Shown here: positions 38,343 to 49,400 of the stretch, piece after piece
Layout: every line of letters begins with the position of its first letter
Numbering within the stretch: the stretch's first letter is position 1
Assembly: GCA_035292505.1 (NCBI GenBank)
Contig: DATDQA010000022.1
Location: forward strand, 45,296 to 109,295
DNA length: 64,000 bases
Reading direction: 5' to 3'
Origin: Saprospiraceae bacterium
GTDB taxonomy: Bacteria > Bacteroidota > Bacteroidia > Chitinophagales > Saprospiraceae
The notes under the pieces: generated by a model
The model's database searches: none
What the model saw: the letters and a program-made list of their open reading frames with translations, nothing else
Told to the model about the DNA's origin: nothing
Made by a program: the position numbers and the translations under genes

Positions 38343-39866
38343 TTATTTATACCTGCGTTTGGTTTGCTTTGTATTCTGACCTCCGAAATCTAATCCGCCC
38401 GTGACTTCATCTATCGAAGCCCCGCCGGTACGGGTCATTGCACACCGGAATCCGACTACACGTGACGCTGCTTTTTCATTCATAAATCTTCTCGCACCGG
38501 GAGAGAGCCAAAACAATCTGTCAGCCCAGGACCCGCCTTTGACGACACGGACGCTGTCATTAATCAACGTATGCACGCCATATGAATATTCAGCAGCACT
38601 GAGACTATCTCCATCCCAATAATCCGAGACATCGCCGCGATCATAGTTTTCCCGTGGTTCCGCTTCTTCATCAGTCACCATTCTGTAGCGTAAATGGCCA
38701 AGACTATCCTTTTGTACAGGTTTACCTGATTCATCAAGGACAACACTTTGGAATTTGTTTCCACGGAAAGGATTCAAATCATGATTTTCAACATCCCGAA
38801 GAGTCACCTGGGTCATAGGACGATATAGGTCTTCCGTCCATTCGCTCACGTTGCCGGCCATGTTATACAATCCGAAGTCGTTCGGATAGAAACTTCTCAC
38901 AGAGGCGGGGAAAGGTGCGTTGTCATTGAGTTTGCCCGCAATACCCATATAGTCACCACGGCTTCGTTTAAAATTTGCCAACATTTGACCCTGGTACTTG
39001 TCATTTCGCTTATACCTGGCAGTATTCCCGTCCCAGGGGAAATTTCTGCGGTCAGTTATCAACTCATCCTTTTCAGTCACCTGATTCCCAATAAGCGCCA
39101 GTGCAGCATATTCCCACTCAGCCTCTGTTGGTAATCTATACCGGGGTAACAGAATGCCATCTTCAAAGCGGACAGGACGTTCACCACCTGTTGCAAGATC
39201 CGGAAGGTTCTCGCGCACACTGCCTTCATATTGCCTCGCCAGGTACGCATCCGTAGCAAATACATCAGAATCTTTTTGTTGCGGATTCGGGTTCAGAATG
39301 CCACGCTCTATCAGGATCATTTCATTCACCCTGTCAGTACGCCAATCAGCATACTTGCGAGCCTGATACCAATTGACACCCACAACCGGGTAATCATCGA
39401 AGCCTGGATGGCGGAAATAGGTCTCTACCAGCGGCTCATTGTACGCCAGTTCCTCACGCCATACCAGAGTATCCGGGAGGATATCCACAATCGCTTGCGG
39501 ATAGCTGGCGCCATAGGCCTGCCTTGTCCAATAGACAAACCAGCGATAGTCAATATTCGCAACTTCAGTCTCATCCATATAGAAAGACGACACTGTCACT
39601 CTGCGGGGCACATTGTTCCATTCGTAAGTCACATCGTCCTCTGTCTGTCCCATTAGAAATGTTCCACCTTCAACGGGTACCAGGTTTGGGCCAGTAACCT
39701 GACCTTCATAATCCAATTTCTCAAAGCCACCCCAGGCTTGATCATTGTACTTCCAGCCGGTGGTAGCCGACCGCTCGCCCTTGTTCCCGCAGGCAGATCC
39801 AAAAACCAAGCAGAAACCTGTGAGGATCACAAATGCATTTTTCATCTTAGAAATCCGGTTTTTCAT
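38343..39866 (-). CDS. gldJ: gliding-motility / T9SS-associated lipoprotein GldJ (SUMF1/formylglycine-generating-enzyme fold)
   Basis: Lipobox LVFGSAC. FGE-sulfatase-fold motifs (NVSEWT, RVVKGGSWAD, GFRC). No gldL/M/N follows, which argues against GldK. The position next to porU-porV matches the arrangement I recall for Flavobacterium johnsoniae gldJ. Confidence 0.7.
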   Translation of the reverse strand: MKNRISKMKNAFVILTGFCLVFGSACGNKGERSATTGWKYNDQAWGGFEKLDYEGQVTGPNLVPVEGGTFLMGQTEDDVTYEWNNVPRRVTVSSFYMDETEVANIDYRWFVYWTRQAYGASYPQAIVDILPDTLVWREELAYNEPLVETYFRHPGFDDYPVVGVNWYQARKYADWRTDRVNEMILIERGILNPNPQQKDSDVFATDAYLARQYEGSVRENLPDLATGGERPVRFEDGILLPRYRLPTEAEWEYAALALIGNQVTEKDELITDRRNFPWDGNTARYKRNDKYQGQMLANFKRSRGDYMGIAGKLNDNAPFPASVRSFYPNDFGLYNMAGNVSEWTEDLYRPMTQVTLRDVENHDLNPFRGNKFQSVVLDESGKPVQKDSLGHLRYRMVTDEEAEPRENYDRGDVSDYWDGDSLSAAEYSYGVHTLINDSVRVVKGGSWADRLFWLSPGARRFMNEKAASRVVGFRCAMTRTGGASIDEVTGGLDFGGQNTKQTKRRYK

Positions 39867-39905
39867 GAAATGAGGCGCAAAGATAATGTTTTCAATATGT
39901 TGTAC

Positions 39906-40970
39906 TTATCTGAAAAGGCTCAGGCAATCATTGTATTGAGATTCGCCCTGTCCGTCGTCAAGATTGATCATGATGCCCAGCTCATGACTCCCGCCTGACT
40001 TGTAGGACAAAGCTGAAATCGTCACGTCATAACTATAGGTGATGCGAAGTGAACCTTTGCGTAAGCCTACGGCTCCGATCACCGCATCCGGGTCTGATCC
40101 TGCATGCCTGTACCAGAAACCTCCGTAGATATCACCCATTCCAACAAACGTACCAAGAATCAACTGCTGGAATGGCCCTTGCCGGACATACATCATGCCC
40201 GGTGAAATAAACGTCTTCCACCTGCCCTTATTGCCCGATGTCAGAGGGAGTTCTGCGCCAATGTGAACATTCCAACGCAATGGGAGCCCGCTAGTCAGGT
40301 TTTCGCTGCCGCTTAAATATGACTGCCGGGGAGTATTCAAATGTCTGATACTCAGCCCTGCATAAAGTTTTCTACTGTAAATGACGCCACCTGTACCCAT
40401 ATCGAGGTAGGTAAGGCTCAGGTCGTCCGGATATACTTCGTCAGTGGGGACTGGTGTCCCGCCGGGAGAAACGGGTCCAAACTCAGGGTCTAACTGGTCA
40501 CTGAACACAAGCTTTTGCCAATTCAGCCTGGATTGGACTATACCCAGTTCGATTCCCCATCTGATTTGCCATTCCCTGTCGATACGAAGCCGGTATGAGT
40601 ATATTGCCGCTGCCTTGTTTGTCTTGAGAATGCCATCCCCGGCATTATCAGCCTGTAAATAGATCCCGATACCGCTATTGTAGTCCTCGAAATACTGATC
40701 ATAGGACAACGCATAAGTCTGGTAGGCATTATTCAAAGAAGGCCATTGGTTCCGATAGTTTATCGCAAAGTTGGGCTTATATGCCACCCCAGCCAACCCT
40801 GGGTTTAGCTGCAGAGGGGCTGAATAAAACTGACTGAACACGGGATCCTGTCCAGATCCATTCAAAATTGAAACCACGAGCAGAATGGGTACCAAAATCC
40901 ATTTGATGTCCGGATCATGCCAAACAAATGCTTTCCCGTAATCTTGATTGCTTCTATGATGTGTTTCCAT
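39906..40970 (-). CDS. PorP/SprF-family type IX secretion system outer-membrane protein
   Basis: After the signal peptide comes the family-typical start QDPVFSQFYSAPLQLNPGLAG, followed by beta-barrel-like repeats. Ends ...YNDCLSLFR. ATG at 40970; the track ORF starts at TTG 40994. Confidence 0.75.
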   Translation of the reverse strand: METHHRSNQDYGKAFVWHDPDIKWILVPILLVVSILNGSGQDPVFSQFYSAPLQLNPGLAGVAYKPNFAINYRNQWPSLNNAYQTYALSYDQYFEDYNSGIGIYLQADNAGDGILKTNKAAAIYSYRLRIDREWQIRWGIELGIVQSRLNWQKLVFSDQLDPEFGPVSPGGTPVPTDEVYPDDLSLTYLDMGTGGVIYSRKLYAGLSIRHLNTPRQSYLSGSENLTSGLPLRWNVHIGAELPLTSGNKGRWKTFISPGMMYVRQGPFQQLILGTFVGMGDIYGGFWYRHAGSDPDAVIGAVGLRKGSLRITYSYDVTISALSYKSGGSHELGIMINLDDGQGESQYNDCLSLFR

Positions 40971-41111
40971 TTTTATCACAAGGCAAAGTAGCAAAGGTCG
41001 CCGAATGTCGCCATCGCGGCTTTTAGAGCCTTCTTAATTCTCTATCTTTCGGCAATACAAGTTTTTGTGGATCGTTCATCCGGTATCAGTGTTATTATCT
41101 ACCCCTTCACG

Positions 41112-44100
41112 ATGAAGAAACGCCTACTATCTTTAATTCGTATCCCAGTGCTTTTGCTCGTCCTCACTTTGTCGGCAGACGCACAAACAAGCACATCCGT
41201 CCTAAGCCAGGGACAATTCTATAAAATCGCAGTCTCAGAACCCGGGATTTATAAACTAGATGCCTCTTTTCTTAATGGTACTGCCGGTATCGACCTCTCT
41301 CAGACTCCCGCAAATAAGATCACCCTTTGGACAAATGGGGGTGGTGTCTTGCAACAATTGACAACGGCACCCAGAATAGATGATCTACGGGAAGTGGCGA
41401 TGCATGGTGTAGGGATAGCCGATGGTAAAGTGGATGCGAGTGATTATTTTTTGTTTTACGCGGAAGGGCCGGATCATTGGACATATACACCTTCTGATGG
41501 CAAGTTTCACAAAACAAAGAATATCTATGACACGCAGAATTATTATTTCATCTGCGTTTCTGATAGAATCGCTACCGCCATTCTCTCCCGTACTTCACTT
41601 GGTGAAGGAGAAATGACTATTTCACAATTTGATGACTACCAGAGTATCGAGGTCGATCGCGTGAATCTTTTGGGCAAGTTCCGGCCACCGGGATCAGGAC
41701 AGCGTTGGTTTGGAGATGAGTTCTCTACGACACGCCAGAGGGATTATGAAATCACGTTTCCAAATATTGTCACGGCAGCTGATGTGCTTTGTACCATGGA
41801 ATTCGCTGGTCGTTGTGATGAGAGCACGCAGATATCTGCGGAGTTCAACAGCAACACATTCAACGCGTCAATCAGTGGAGTGGCAACGGGAGAAGTCGAA
41901 GCCGACTTCGCACGCATCATCCGGCTCACCGATGTCTATAGTGCGACGGAAGATCGGCAGAGTATACGCATCTCCTATCCACAGATATCTGCGACTTCCT
42001 CGGGCTGGTTGGATTTTATTGAGTTACAGGCCAGGCGGCAGTTATTGTTTAATGGGGCACCTCTACAGTTCAGGTCAATAGAAACCCAGGATCTCAATTC
42101 TGCGGAATATGTACTCTCAGGGCTCTCAGGTACGGAAGTGATCTGGGACATTACGGATCCTCAGCGACCAATCACCCAAGAATATTTTTTCGATGGTGGA
42201 AATGGCCGGTATGCGGTGACAAGTGATGGCTTGATGCGTGAATTCATCAGCTTCTTACCTGCCAACAACTTCCCCACGCCATCTCCGATCGGAGTGGTGC
42301 CAAATCAAAATCTGCATGGAATTCAGGATGCAGATTTAGTGATACTCTATCATCCCGATTTCGTCGAACCAGCATTGCGACTTGCGCAGCATCGTCTGGA
42401 GCACAATGGATATCTCGTTGAGACTATTTCCATTGACGCCCTCATGAATGAATTTGCCGGAGGCGGTCAGGATGCGACTGCCATTCGTGACTTTGCGCGG
42501 ATGCTCAAAGCGCGTTCACCCCGATTCCGGTTTCTGCTTTTGTTTGGCGATGGGTCCTATGATATGCGTCATTTCAATCAGGATCAGACAGACGAAAACT
42601 TTATCCCTGTATTTGAAACCGCAGAATCGATGAACCCCATCCGGTCATTCCCTTCTGATGATTACTTTGCTCTTCTCAGTGATGATGAAGGGAAGGATTT
42701 GAAAGGAGCGATTGAAATTGCAGTTGGCAGGTTTCCTGTAAGCACTCCCGAGGAGGCAAATGCTGTTGTCAATAAAATCATCCAGTATGATACTAATCCT
42801 GCGATGCACGGAGATTGGCGCCTGGGTATCGCCTATGTGGCAGATGACGAGGATAGCAATCAGCATCTTCAACAAACAGAAGATGTGGCAAACACACAAA
42901 TGAGCACGCACGCGAAGTACAATGTCAGGAAGATCTACCTGGATGCTTTTCAACAAATGAATACACCGGGAGGAGACCGGTATCCAGACGTGAATGCTGC
43001 TATCAATGCTGCCATACAGCAAGGAACGCTGATCCTCAACTATTTTGGACATGGAGGCCCTGCGGGCTGGACGCAAGAACGTGTGCTGGGAATCCCGGAT
43101 ATTCAGTCATGGACAAATTTTACCAGGCTTCCTTTATTTATTACAGCAACATGTTCTTTTACACCATACGATGAACCAAGCCTGGAATCTGCCGGTGAGA
43201 TGGTATTTCTGAACCCTTCCGGAGGTGCCATCGGCCTGCTTACCACAGTGCGGGCAGTATATTCCTCTTCCAATAAACGACTCACTTCAGAAGTATTTGA
43301 GCGCATTCTCCTGGAAGAAAATGGTGGCCAGTTGACAATCGGTGAAGTCATGGTCCTCGCGAAGAACAGTAATCATCAGGACACGGTGGATGTCAATGCC
43401 CGTAAATTTGCTATCATCGGTGATGCCTCGATGAAACTTGCTATTCCTGAACATGATATTGTCATTACAGCAATTAATGGACATGCTACTGGTACAGGCA
43501 CACTCGATACGGCGCGTGCTCTCGAACAAGTGCGGCTTTCGGGAGAAATACGAAGCAAGCAAGGTGTGAAATTGACTCAATTCAATGGAGTGCTGACAGG
43601 CACCATCTTTGATAAACCAACTAAACTCAAAACGCTGGCAAATGATCCAAAGAGCTTTGAAAAAGAATTTGAAACACAGACAAAAGTGCTCTTCAAAGGA
43701 TCTGTAAGTGTCACGAATGGTGAGTTCTCACTCTCATTTGTCATCCCACAGGACATCAGCTTTAAATATGGCGAAGGTAAAGTGAGCCTATATGCCACTG
43801 ATGGTAGCGCCAATGATGCAGCAGGCATGTACGACGATTTGATCATAGGAGGTAGTTCGACAGGACTGAGTGATACAGAGGGCCCGGTGATACAGATTTT
43901 TGCAGACAATGAAAATTTCAGATCAGGCGATGAAACAGGCCCGAATCCAACAATGCTGATCAAACTCAGTGACAGTAGCGGAATCAATATCTCAGGAAAC
44001 AGTATTGGGCATGATCTCGAGGGTATTTTGGACGATGATTCGCGCACATCGTTTGTATTAAATGACCGCTATGTTTCAACAATTGATGATTACACGCGCG

Positions 44101-44552
44101 GAGAAGTTGTACTTCCGCTGGCAGAGTTGAGTACTGGTGTGCATACATTTAAGGTTGTGGCCTGGGATATTGCAAATAATTACTCCGAAGAGTCGATAGA
44201 GTTCAAAGTCGTCGAAAACCTGGACGACGTTTTCGTAAATCTCAGGAATACCCCAAATCCATTTGGGACATCTACTCTCTTTGCGTTCGAACATCGTTTG
44301 GGGGATGGTCCAGTCAATGTCGAAATAGAGATCTTCACTGTCACCGGGAGGCTGGTGCAGAGGTTAAAAGCTGAAAATGCCGTGTCCACTGGAGGCACGA
44401 TTGGTGGTATCGAATGGAATGGCTCAGGCCTGGCGGGTGACAGAATTCTCCCTGGAGCCTATTTCTATCGGGTACAGGTCGTAAGCCGCCCTGGAACCAG
44501 CGCTGAGCGCCTCTATGAAAGCCGCTTTGAGAAGCTGATCATGATGGATTAA
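41112..44552 (+). CDS. porU: type IX secretion system sortase PorU (C25/gingipain-like peptidase)
   Basis: 1146 aa from ATG 41112 (MKKRLLSLIRIPVLLLVLTLSADAQ). Central C25-like block ...FRFLLLFGDGSYDMR...NYFGHGGPAGW...FITATCSF... and a C-terminal beta-sandwich (PGAYFYRVQV). Immediately followed by porV. Confidence 0.8.
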   Translation: MKKRLLSLIRIPVLLLVLTLSADAQTSTSVLSQGQFYKIAVSEPGIYKLDASFLNGTAGIDLSQTPANKITLWTNGGGVLQQLTTAPRIDDLREVAMHGVGIADGKVDASDYFLFYAEGPDHWTYTPSDGKFHKTKNIYDTQNYYFICVSDRIATAILSRTSLGEGEMTISQFDDYQSIEVDRVNLLGKFRPPGSGQRWFGDEFSTTRQRDYEITFPNIVTAADVLCTMEFAGRCDESTQISAEFNSNTFNASISGVATGEVEADFARIIRLTDVYSATEDRQSIRISYPQISATSSGWLDFIELQARRQLLFNGAPLQFRSIETQDLNSAEYVLSGLSGTEVIWDITDPQRPITQEYFFDGGNGRYAVTSDGLMREFISFLPANNFPTPSPIGVVPNQNLHGIQDADLVILYHPDFVEPALRLAQHRLEHNGYLVETISIDALMNEFAGGGQDATAIRDFARMLKARSPRFRFLLLFGDGSYDMRHFNQDQTDENFIPVFETAESMNPIRSFPSDDYFALLSDDEGKDLKGAIEIAVGRFPVSTPEEANAVVNKIIQYDTNPAMHGDWRLGIAYVADDEDSNQHLQQTEDVANTQMSTHAKYNVRKIYLDAFQQMNTPGGDRYPDVNAAINAAIQQGTLILNYFGHGGPAGWTQERVLGIPDIQSWTNFTRLPLFITATCSFTPYDEPSLESAGEMVFLNPSGGAIGLLTTVRAVYSSSNKRLTSEVFERILLEENGGQLTIGEVMVLAKNSNHQDTVDVNARKFAIIGDASMKLAIPEHDIVITAINGHATGTGTLDTARALEQVRLSGEIRSKQGVKLTQFNGVLTGTIFDKPTKLKTLANDPKSFEKEFETQTKVLFKGSVSVTNGEFSLSFVIPQDISFKYGEGKVSLYATDGSANDAAGMYDDLIIGGSSTGLSDTEGPVIQIFADNENFRSGDETGPNPTMLIKLSDSSGINISGNSIGHDLEGILDDDSRTSFVLNDRYVSTIDDYTRGEVVLPLAELSTGVHTFKVVAWDIANNYSEESIEFKVVENLDDVFVNLRNTPNPFGTSTLFAFEHRLGDGPVNVEIEIFTVTGRLVQRLKAENAVSTGGTIGGIEWNGSGLAGDRILPGAYFYRVQVVSRPGTSAERLYESRFEKLIMMD

Positions 44553-44625
44553 TAACAGTCTGCCGGACAATATCCGGCAGATTAAAGCATTATATTTGCG
44601 AACTTTTAAACTTCCAGATTATTCC

Positions 44626-45852
44626 ATGAGGAAATACACTCTTTTTTTGGCTTTCTCCACATTTGCATTTGGGCTTTTGTCAGCTCAAAACTGTGAATAC
44701 GACCCAAGCACAGGCGAATGGCTCACCGCAGGAGGGCTTCCCTGTGTCAACACATTGATTACTTCGGTACCCTTTCTGCGGATTGTACCCGATGCCCGGT
44801 CTGCTGCGATGGGAGATGTTGGTGTGGCGATTTCGCCAGATGCGAATGCGATGCATTTCAATGCGTCTAAACTGGCTTTTGCCACCGAAGATGTGGGTGT
44901 CTCTGCCACGTACTCACCATGGCTCCGTTCACTGGGATTGTCAGATGTCTATCTGGCATATCTGACCGGCTATAAGAAGATCGATGATTTCCAGGCTCTC
45001 GGAATTGGCCTGAGATACTTCTCTCTCGGGCAGATTGACTTCCGGGATGATCAGGGCACGAATACCGGTTTCGGCAAGCCAAATGAATTCGAAATATCCC
45101 TTGCATATGCACGGAAACTTTCAGACAATTTTTCTGCGGCATTAACTGGAAAATTTATTTACTCGAATCTTGCAGCCGGTGAGCAGGTTGGTGGTGTGGA
45201 TATTACGGCTGGGACGTCAGGTGCTGTGGATTTGTCGGTTACCTATCAAAATGATATTAGTCTTGGCGCGATGCCAGCCACACTGAGAATTGGTGGTGCG
45301 ATCACCAACGTTGGGTCTAAAATCTCATATACACGGAATCAATACCGGGATTTCTTACCTGCAAACCTGGGCATTGGTGGAGCGCTCGATATGGACTTCG
45401 ACGATTTCAACCGGTTGACGTTCTCCTTCGATGTCAATAAACTCCTTGTACCAACACCACTCCATGACACTGATCCGAACTATGATAAGAATGCCAATGG
45501 TATTCCTGACCATCGTGAGAAATCTTTATTCAGTGGGATTTTTGGATCATTCAGTGATGCCCCGAGTAAGGGGGAAGAATGGAAGGAATTCGCATTTTCT
45601 GTCGGAGCTGAATATTGGTATGATCAGCAGTTTGCAATACGCGCAGGATATTACTATGAAAATCCGATCAAAGGCAATAGGCAATTTCTGACTGCAGGGC
45701 TTGGATTGAAATATAACGTGTTTGGGTTGAACGTCTCCTATCTCATACCCACTTCGAATCAACGTAGCCCTTTGGACAATACCTTGAGGTTCTCTCTGCT
45801 CTTCAATTTTGAATCTGTCGCTTCGGAAGAGGTACCTTCTGACAATGGATAA
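44626..45852 (+). CDS. porV: type IX secretion system outer-membrane shuttle protein PorV (LptO)
   Basis: MRKYTLFLAFSTFAFGLLSAQ signal peptide. Hallmark FLRIVPDARSAAMGDVGVAISPDANAMHFNASKLAF. Beta-barrel repeats to the C-terminus. Confidence 0.85.
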   Translation: MRKYTLFLAFSTFAFGLLSAQNCEYDPSTGEWLTAGGLPCVNTLITSVPFLRIVPDARSAAMGDVGVAISPDANAMHFNASKLAFATEDVGVSATYSPWLRSLGLSDVYLAYLTGYKKIDDFQALGIGLRYFSLGQIDFRDDQGTNTGFGKPNEFEISLAYARKLSDNFSAALTGKFIYSNLAAGEQVGGVDITAGTSGAVDLSVTYQNDISLGAMPATLRIGGAITNVGSKISYTRNQYRDFLPANLGIGGALDMDFDDFNRLTFSFDVNKLLVPTPLHDTDPNYDKNANGIPDHREKSLFSGIFGSFSDAPSKGEEWKEFAFSVGAEYWYDQQFAIRAGYYYENPIKGNRQFLTAGLGLKYNVFGLNVSYLIPTSNQRSPLDNTLRFSLLFNFESVASEEVPSDNG

Positions 45853-45878
45853 GAAACATCGCGGTTCTTAAAACAAAT

Positions 45879-45914
45879 GAAAAAGGCTGCAATCGAAATG
45901 ATGCAGCCTTTTTC
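45879..45914. terminator. Bidirectional rho-independent terminator shared by porV (+) and rnpB (-)
   Basis: GAAAAAGGCTGCA-10 nt-TGCAGCCTTTTTC. A 12-bp stem including A/T extension, with U-tracts in both directions. Confidence 0.75.
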
Positions 45915-45916
45915 AT

Positions 45917-46310
45917 TTTGTATCTGCCTGTAAGCCGGATTCTGTCTCACAGCCCAAAACATGAACTGTGACGTCTATCATTTATCTATTCTGCCTACCC
46001 CTCCCGGTACCCAGCTAAGCTGAGCAAGAGCGAGCAACCCCATCCGGGATATACGTGGCATTTCAACCCGCAGGGTTTATCTCCCGCCAGGTTACCCTGT
46101 CAGGACGTGCGCTCTTACCGCACGTTTTCACCCTTACCTTCAATCACGGCCTTGAAAGGCCATGCTTTTCAGGCGGTATATTTTCTGTGACACTTTCCGT
46201 TCTTCTTTCGAAGACCCACCTTTTCAGATGGTACGGTGCTCTATGTTGTCCGGACTTTCCTCCATCCCGATGCAGAAACACCTGAACAGCGATAGACCAG
46301 CAGATACAGT
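45917..46310 (-). ncRNA. rnpB: RNase P RNA (bacterial type A)
   Basis: The minus strand contains the universally conserved blocks: GGAGGAAAGTCCGGAC (P4 5' strand, about 46249-46264), AAGGGTGAAAACGTGCGGTAAGAGCGCAC (about 46107-46135) and ACAGAATCCGGCTTAC (P4 3' strand, about 45930-45945). P1 pairing GTATCTGCTGG (46307-46297) with CAGGCAGATAC (45930-45920) sets the ends to within a few nt. Confidence 0.88.
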
Positions 46311-46428
46311 ACAAAGAACGACAACTTGGTCTGAATGGTTTTGAAGGCCCTTCTGATGTAATATAACCGGTATTTACTATCTATAAAATACTTAATTTCG
46401 CGATTATTACATATACTTCATTAGTATA

Positions 46429-49400
46429 ATGTTTATAACCATTCCGGGATACCTCTTGTCCAGGAGAACTGCCTGGATCATAGCTCTGAGTGCCTGTGTC
46501 CTGGGTATTCTCATCCTGCAGTTGCGTCCCGCTCATACTCCACGCGATAAAGCGATGGTAGAAGATGTTCAGACGTACCTGCGTGCACAAGAAAGCAGTG
46601 TGAGCGCCACCCTGCTCGACCGAAGTTTCTTCAGATCACTTATTGAAGTTACAAACGGTCAGGCAACAGTAACGAACGCCCTCATTGACAAAATGCGGCT
46701 GCTTGCGGAGAAATCCTATGCACTCTATCTGTATAAAAGCGATTCACTCATTTATTGGAGCAAACCCGGTCCTGTCATTGATCCCACGCTGATTCGCTAT
46801 GGACTGATACCTATCGTCGCAAGTGATCATTATGAGGATTTTCTGATCAAGGAATATGACTTATATCATGTGACCAGCTATCATGTTTATGCAAAGATCC
46901 CAATCCTGAACGATGCTGCTCACAGGCATATGACGCAGGTCATACCTATCAAACAGGAGGGAGAGCATATCGATACAAGCAGATTTGAGGACTGGGAAAT
47001 CTTACGAACCGAAGAGGGTGTTCCTGTATGCGTCTTACAACAGGTACGAACTAAGCTCAGCTTCTGGCATCAGATAGCTCTTTTGTTTTTCGTCGTCATG
47101 GGGTTGCTTTCGATGCTCATTCTGGCGATGGAATTCATCCATTCCCGGCATCAGAATTTTCATGCGGTTGCCGGAGGATGGCTATCGATCACTTTCATTA
47201 TTGGGACACGGGGAGTCTCATTACTGACAGGTTACCACGAGATTTTGGACCAGCTTGAGCTGTTTGACCCGTTTGTGTACCTGGGAGACCTCGGATACAG
47301 TCGGGGAGATCTCCTCATAGACAGTCTACTGTTCTTATGGATTGCGGTCATTGCTGTCAAGGGGAAAGCTCTACCCTTGCGACAACAGACAACACGGATA
47401 GAGAAATCAGTGGTCATTATCGGCACTTATCTCATCATGATTCTGAGCATGGGGTTGTTAGCATGGATTCAAAAGACATTGATTGTTACAAATGCATTAC
47501 CACTGGAATTGGAAGAAATCTCGTTCCTGAATACTTCTACTGCCGTCGTATTTGCCTCTATGGGATTGTGTTTATTTGGACTTTTTGTGATTGGGCAACG
47601 CTTATTGCATTCCGTTGCGGAGATACAACCTTCCATCTACCGGCGCATAGGTGACTTGCTGATTGCAGCACTGATCAGCCTCAGCCTGTTGCATATGCTC
47701 GATTTGAACCTTTCATTTTTTGGATTCTATCTGGCAGTCATGAGTTTACTTGTGCTCTTTGATTTGTATACCGAACATAGTAATCCTTCTGTGATTTGGG
47801 TGGTGAGCTGGACGCTGCTCATTGCAGGATTTGAGGCAAGCATGCTATATGCGTATCAAAAGGATAAGGACAGAACTGATCGTCTTGAGATGGCACAACG
47901 TATCATTGCAGACATTGATGATACATACGGTATTGAGGGCCAAATCTTCCCGTGGTTGCCTGATATGCCTCCTCAAAACAGTATCGGGGTATTCAAAGAT
48001 CGCAGACTCGCATATAGCTACAACTACGACTATCCTCTCATCCTGCAGGAAAACACAACTCCTGCGGCAAATAGTAAACTCATTCAAATCAATGGACGTG
48101 ATGATATCGCCGCGCATGCGGATGATCTTACAGTGGTGATCGGAAAGAGAGATACTGGTTTAATCAAGGTGGTATCCACCTTCTCTTATGTGTTCACCAT
48201 CTTCAGTATCATGCTGTTCTTTATTGCATTGGCGAACTCGCTGCTTCCATTTTTACCAGAGACACTGAGTTTATCATTTTCCTCAAGACCTACTTTGCGT
48301 AACCGTATTCAGGTAGCCATCGTCTTCCTGATCATCCTTGCTTTCGTGATCATCGGTTTTGTGACAGTGTTTTATCTCCGTAACACCACAGAAGATCGAG
48401 ACAAACGCTATTTCGAAGACAGGTTACGTGCGGTCGCATCTTCGATTCTGCAAGCAATCCCGGCAATAGACAGCTTGGATCAAACCCAATCGCTGATACC
48501 GAGAGTTGCCGCAATCGCCTATGTATACAATCGCCAGGCAAAACTTTATAATGCACAAGGCGACCTTGTGTTGCAATCGGAAGAAAAGAAATCTGCTCCT
48601 CAACGGCTTTCAGTGAAAATGTCCTATCTGAGCAAGTTTTTAATGGATCAGAGTAACCGCTCATACACTGTTGAAGATCTTACGACATCAGGTCAGGAAA
48701 GCTATCGCGGTGTACTCGCACTTAGAGATCAGGACAATAATCGTCTCGGCTATGTGGAATTGCCTGGTACCTCTATGGTGCAATCCACACCTGATGCCGG
48801 GTCAAAATTCTTTGGCACACTGCTGAATGCCTATGTCTTTCTTTTCCTTATTGCAGTAGCTCTGGCGATAGCGGTTGCGAATTCTATCACACGCCCCTTA
48901 TCAGAACTTGGTGAAAAATTGAAAAAACTGAGCATTGGCAAAAAAAACGAACCTATCCAATGGGCCATCAATGATGAGATTGGCGCTTTGATCAATGACT
49001 ATAATGGGATGATTGAGAAACTTGACGATAGTGCCCAAATCCTCGCACTCACAGAGCGCGACCTGGCATGGCGGGAGATGGCTAAACAGGTGGCACATGA
49101 GATCAAGAACCCACTTACGCCTATGAAGCTCAGTATTCAATACCTGCAAAATGGAGTCAATACAAACCCCGATAAACTGAAACTGCTTGTCGCTCGAGTG
49201 AGTCATACGCTCATAGAACAAATTGATAATCTCTCAAATATCGCCTCTGAGTTTTCCAACTTCGCGAAGATGCCACAGGCGGAAAATGAGAAAGTACTCT
49301 TGAACGATGTGGTAGCCTCCGTGCATGACCTTTTTAGAAAACGCGAGGATATGGATATCCACCTGTATGTCCCAATCCAGGATATCTATGTCTTTGCAGA

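Noticed and set aside
40991-41002. The 12-mer GCAAAGGTCGCC upstream of the PorP/SprF gene is identical to 1456-1467 inside the CGCAAAG repeat array. Considered as a second copy of a dispersed element.
   Set aside because: By rough arithmetic, hundreds of chance 12-mer coincidences are expected in 2 x 64 kb. The flanking sequence does not extend the similarity.
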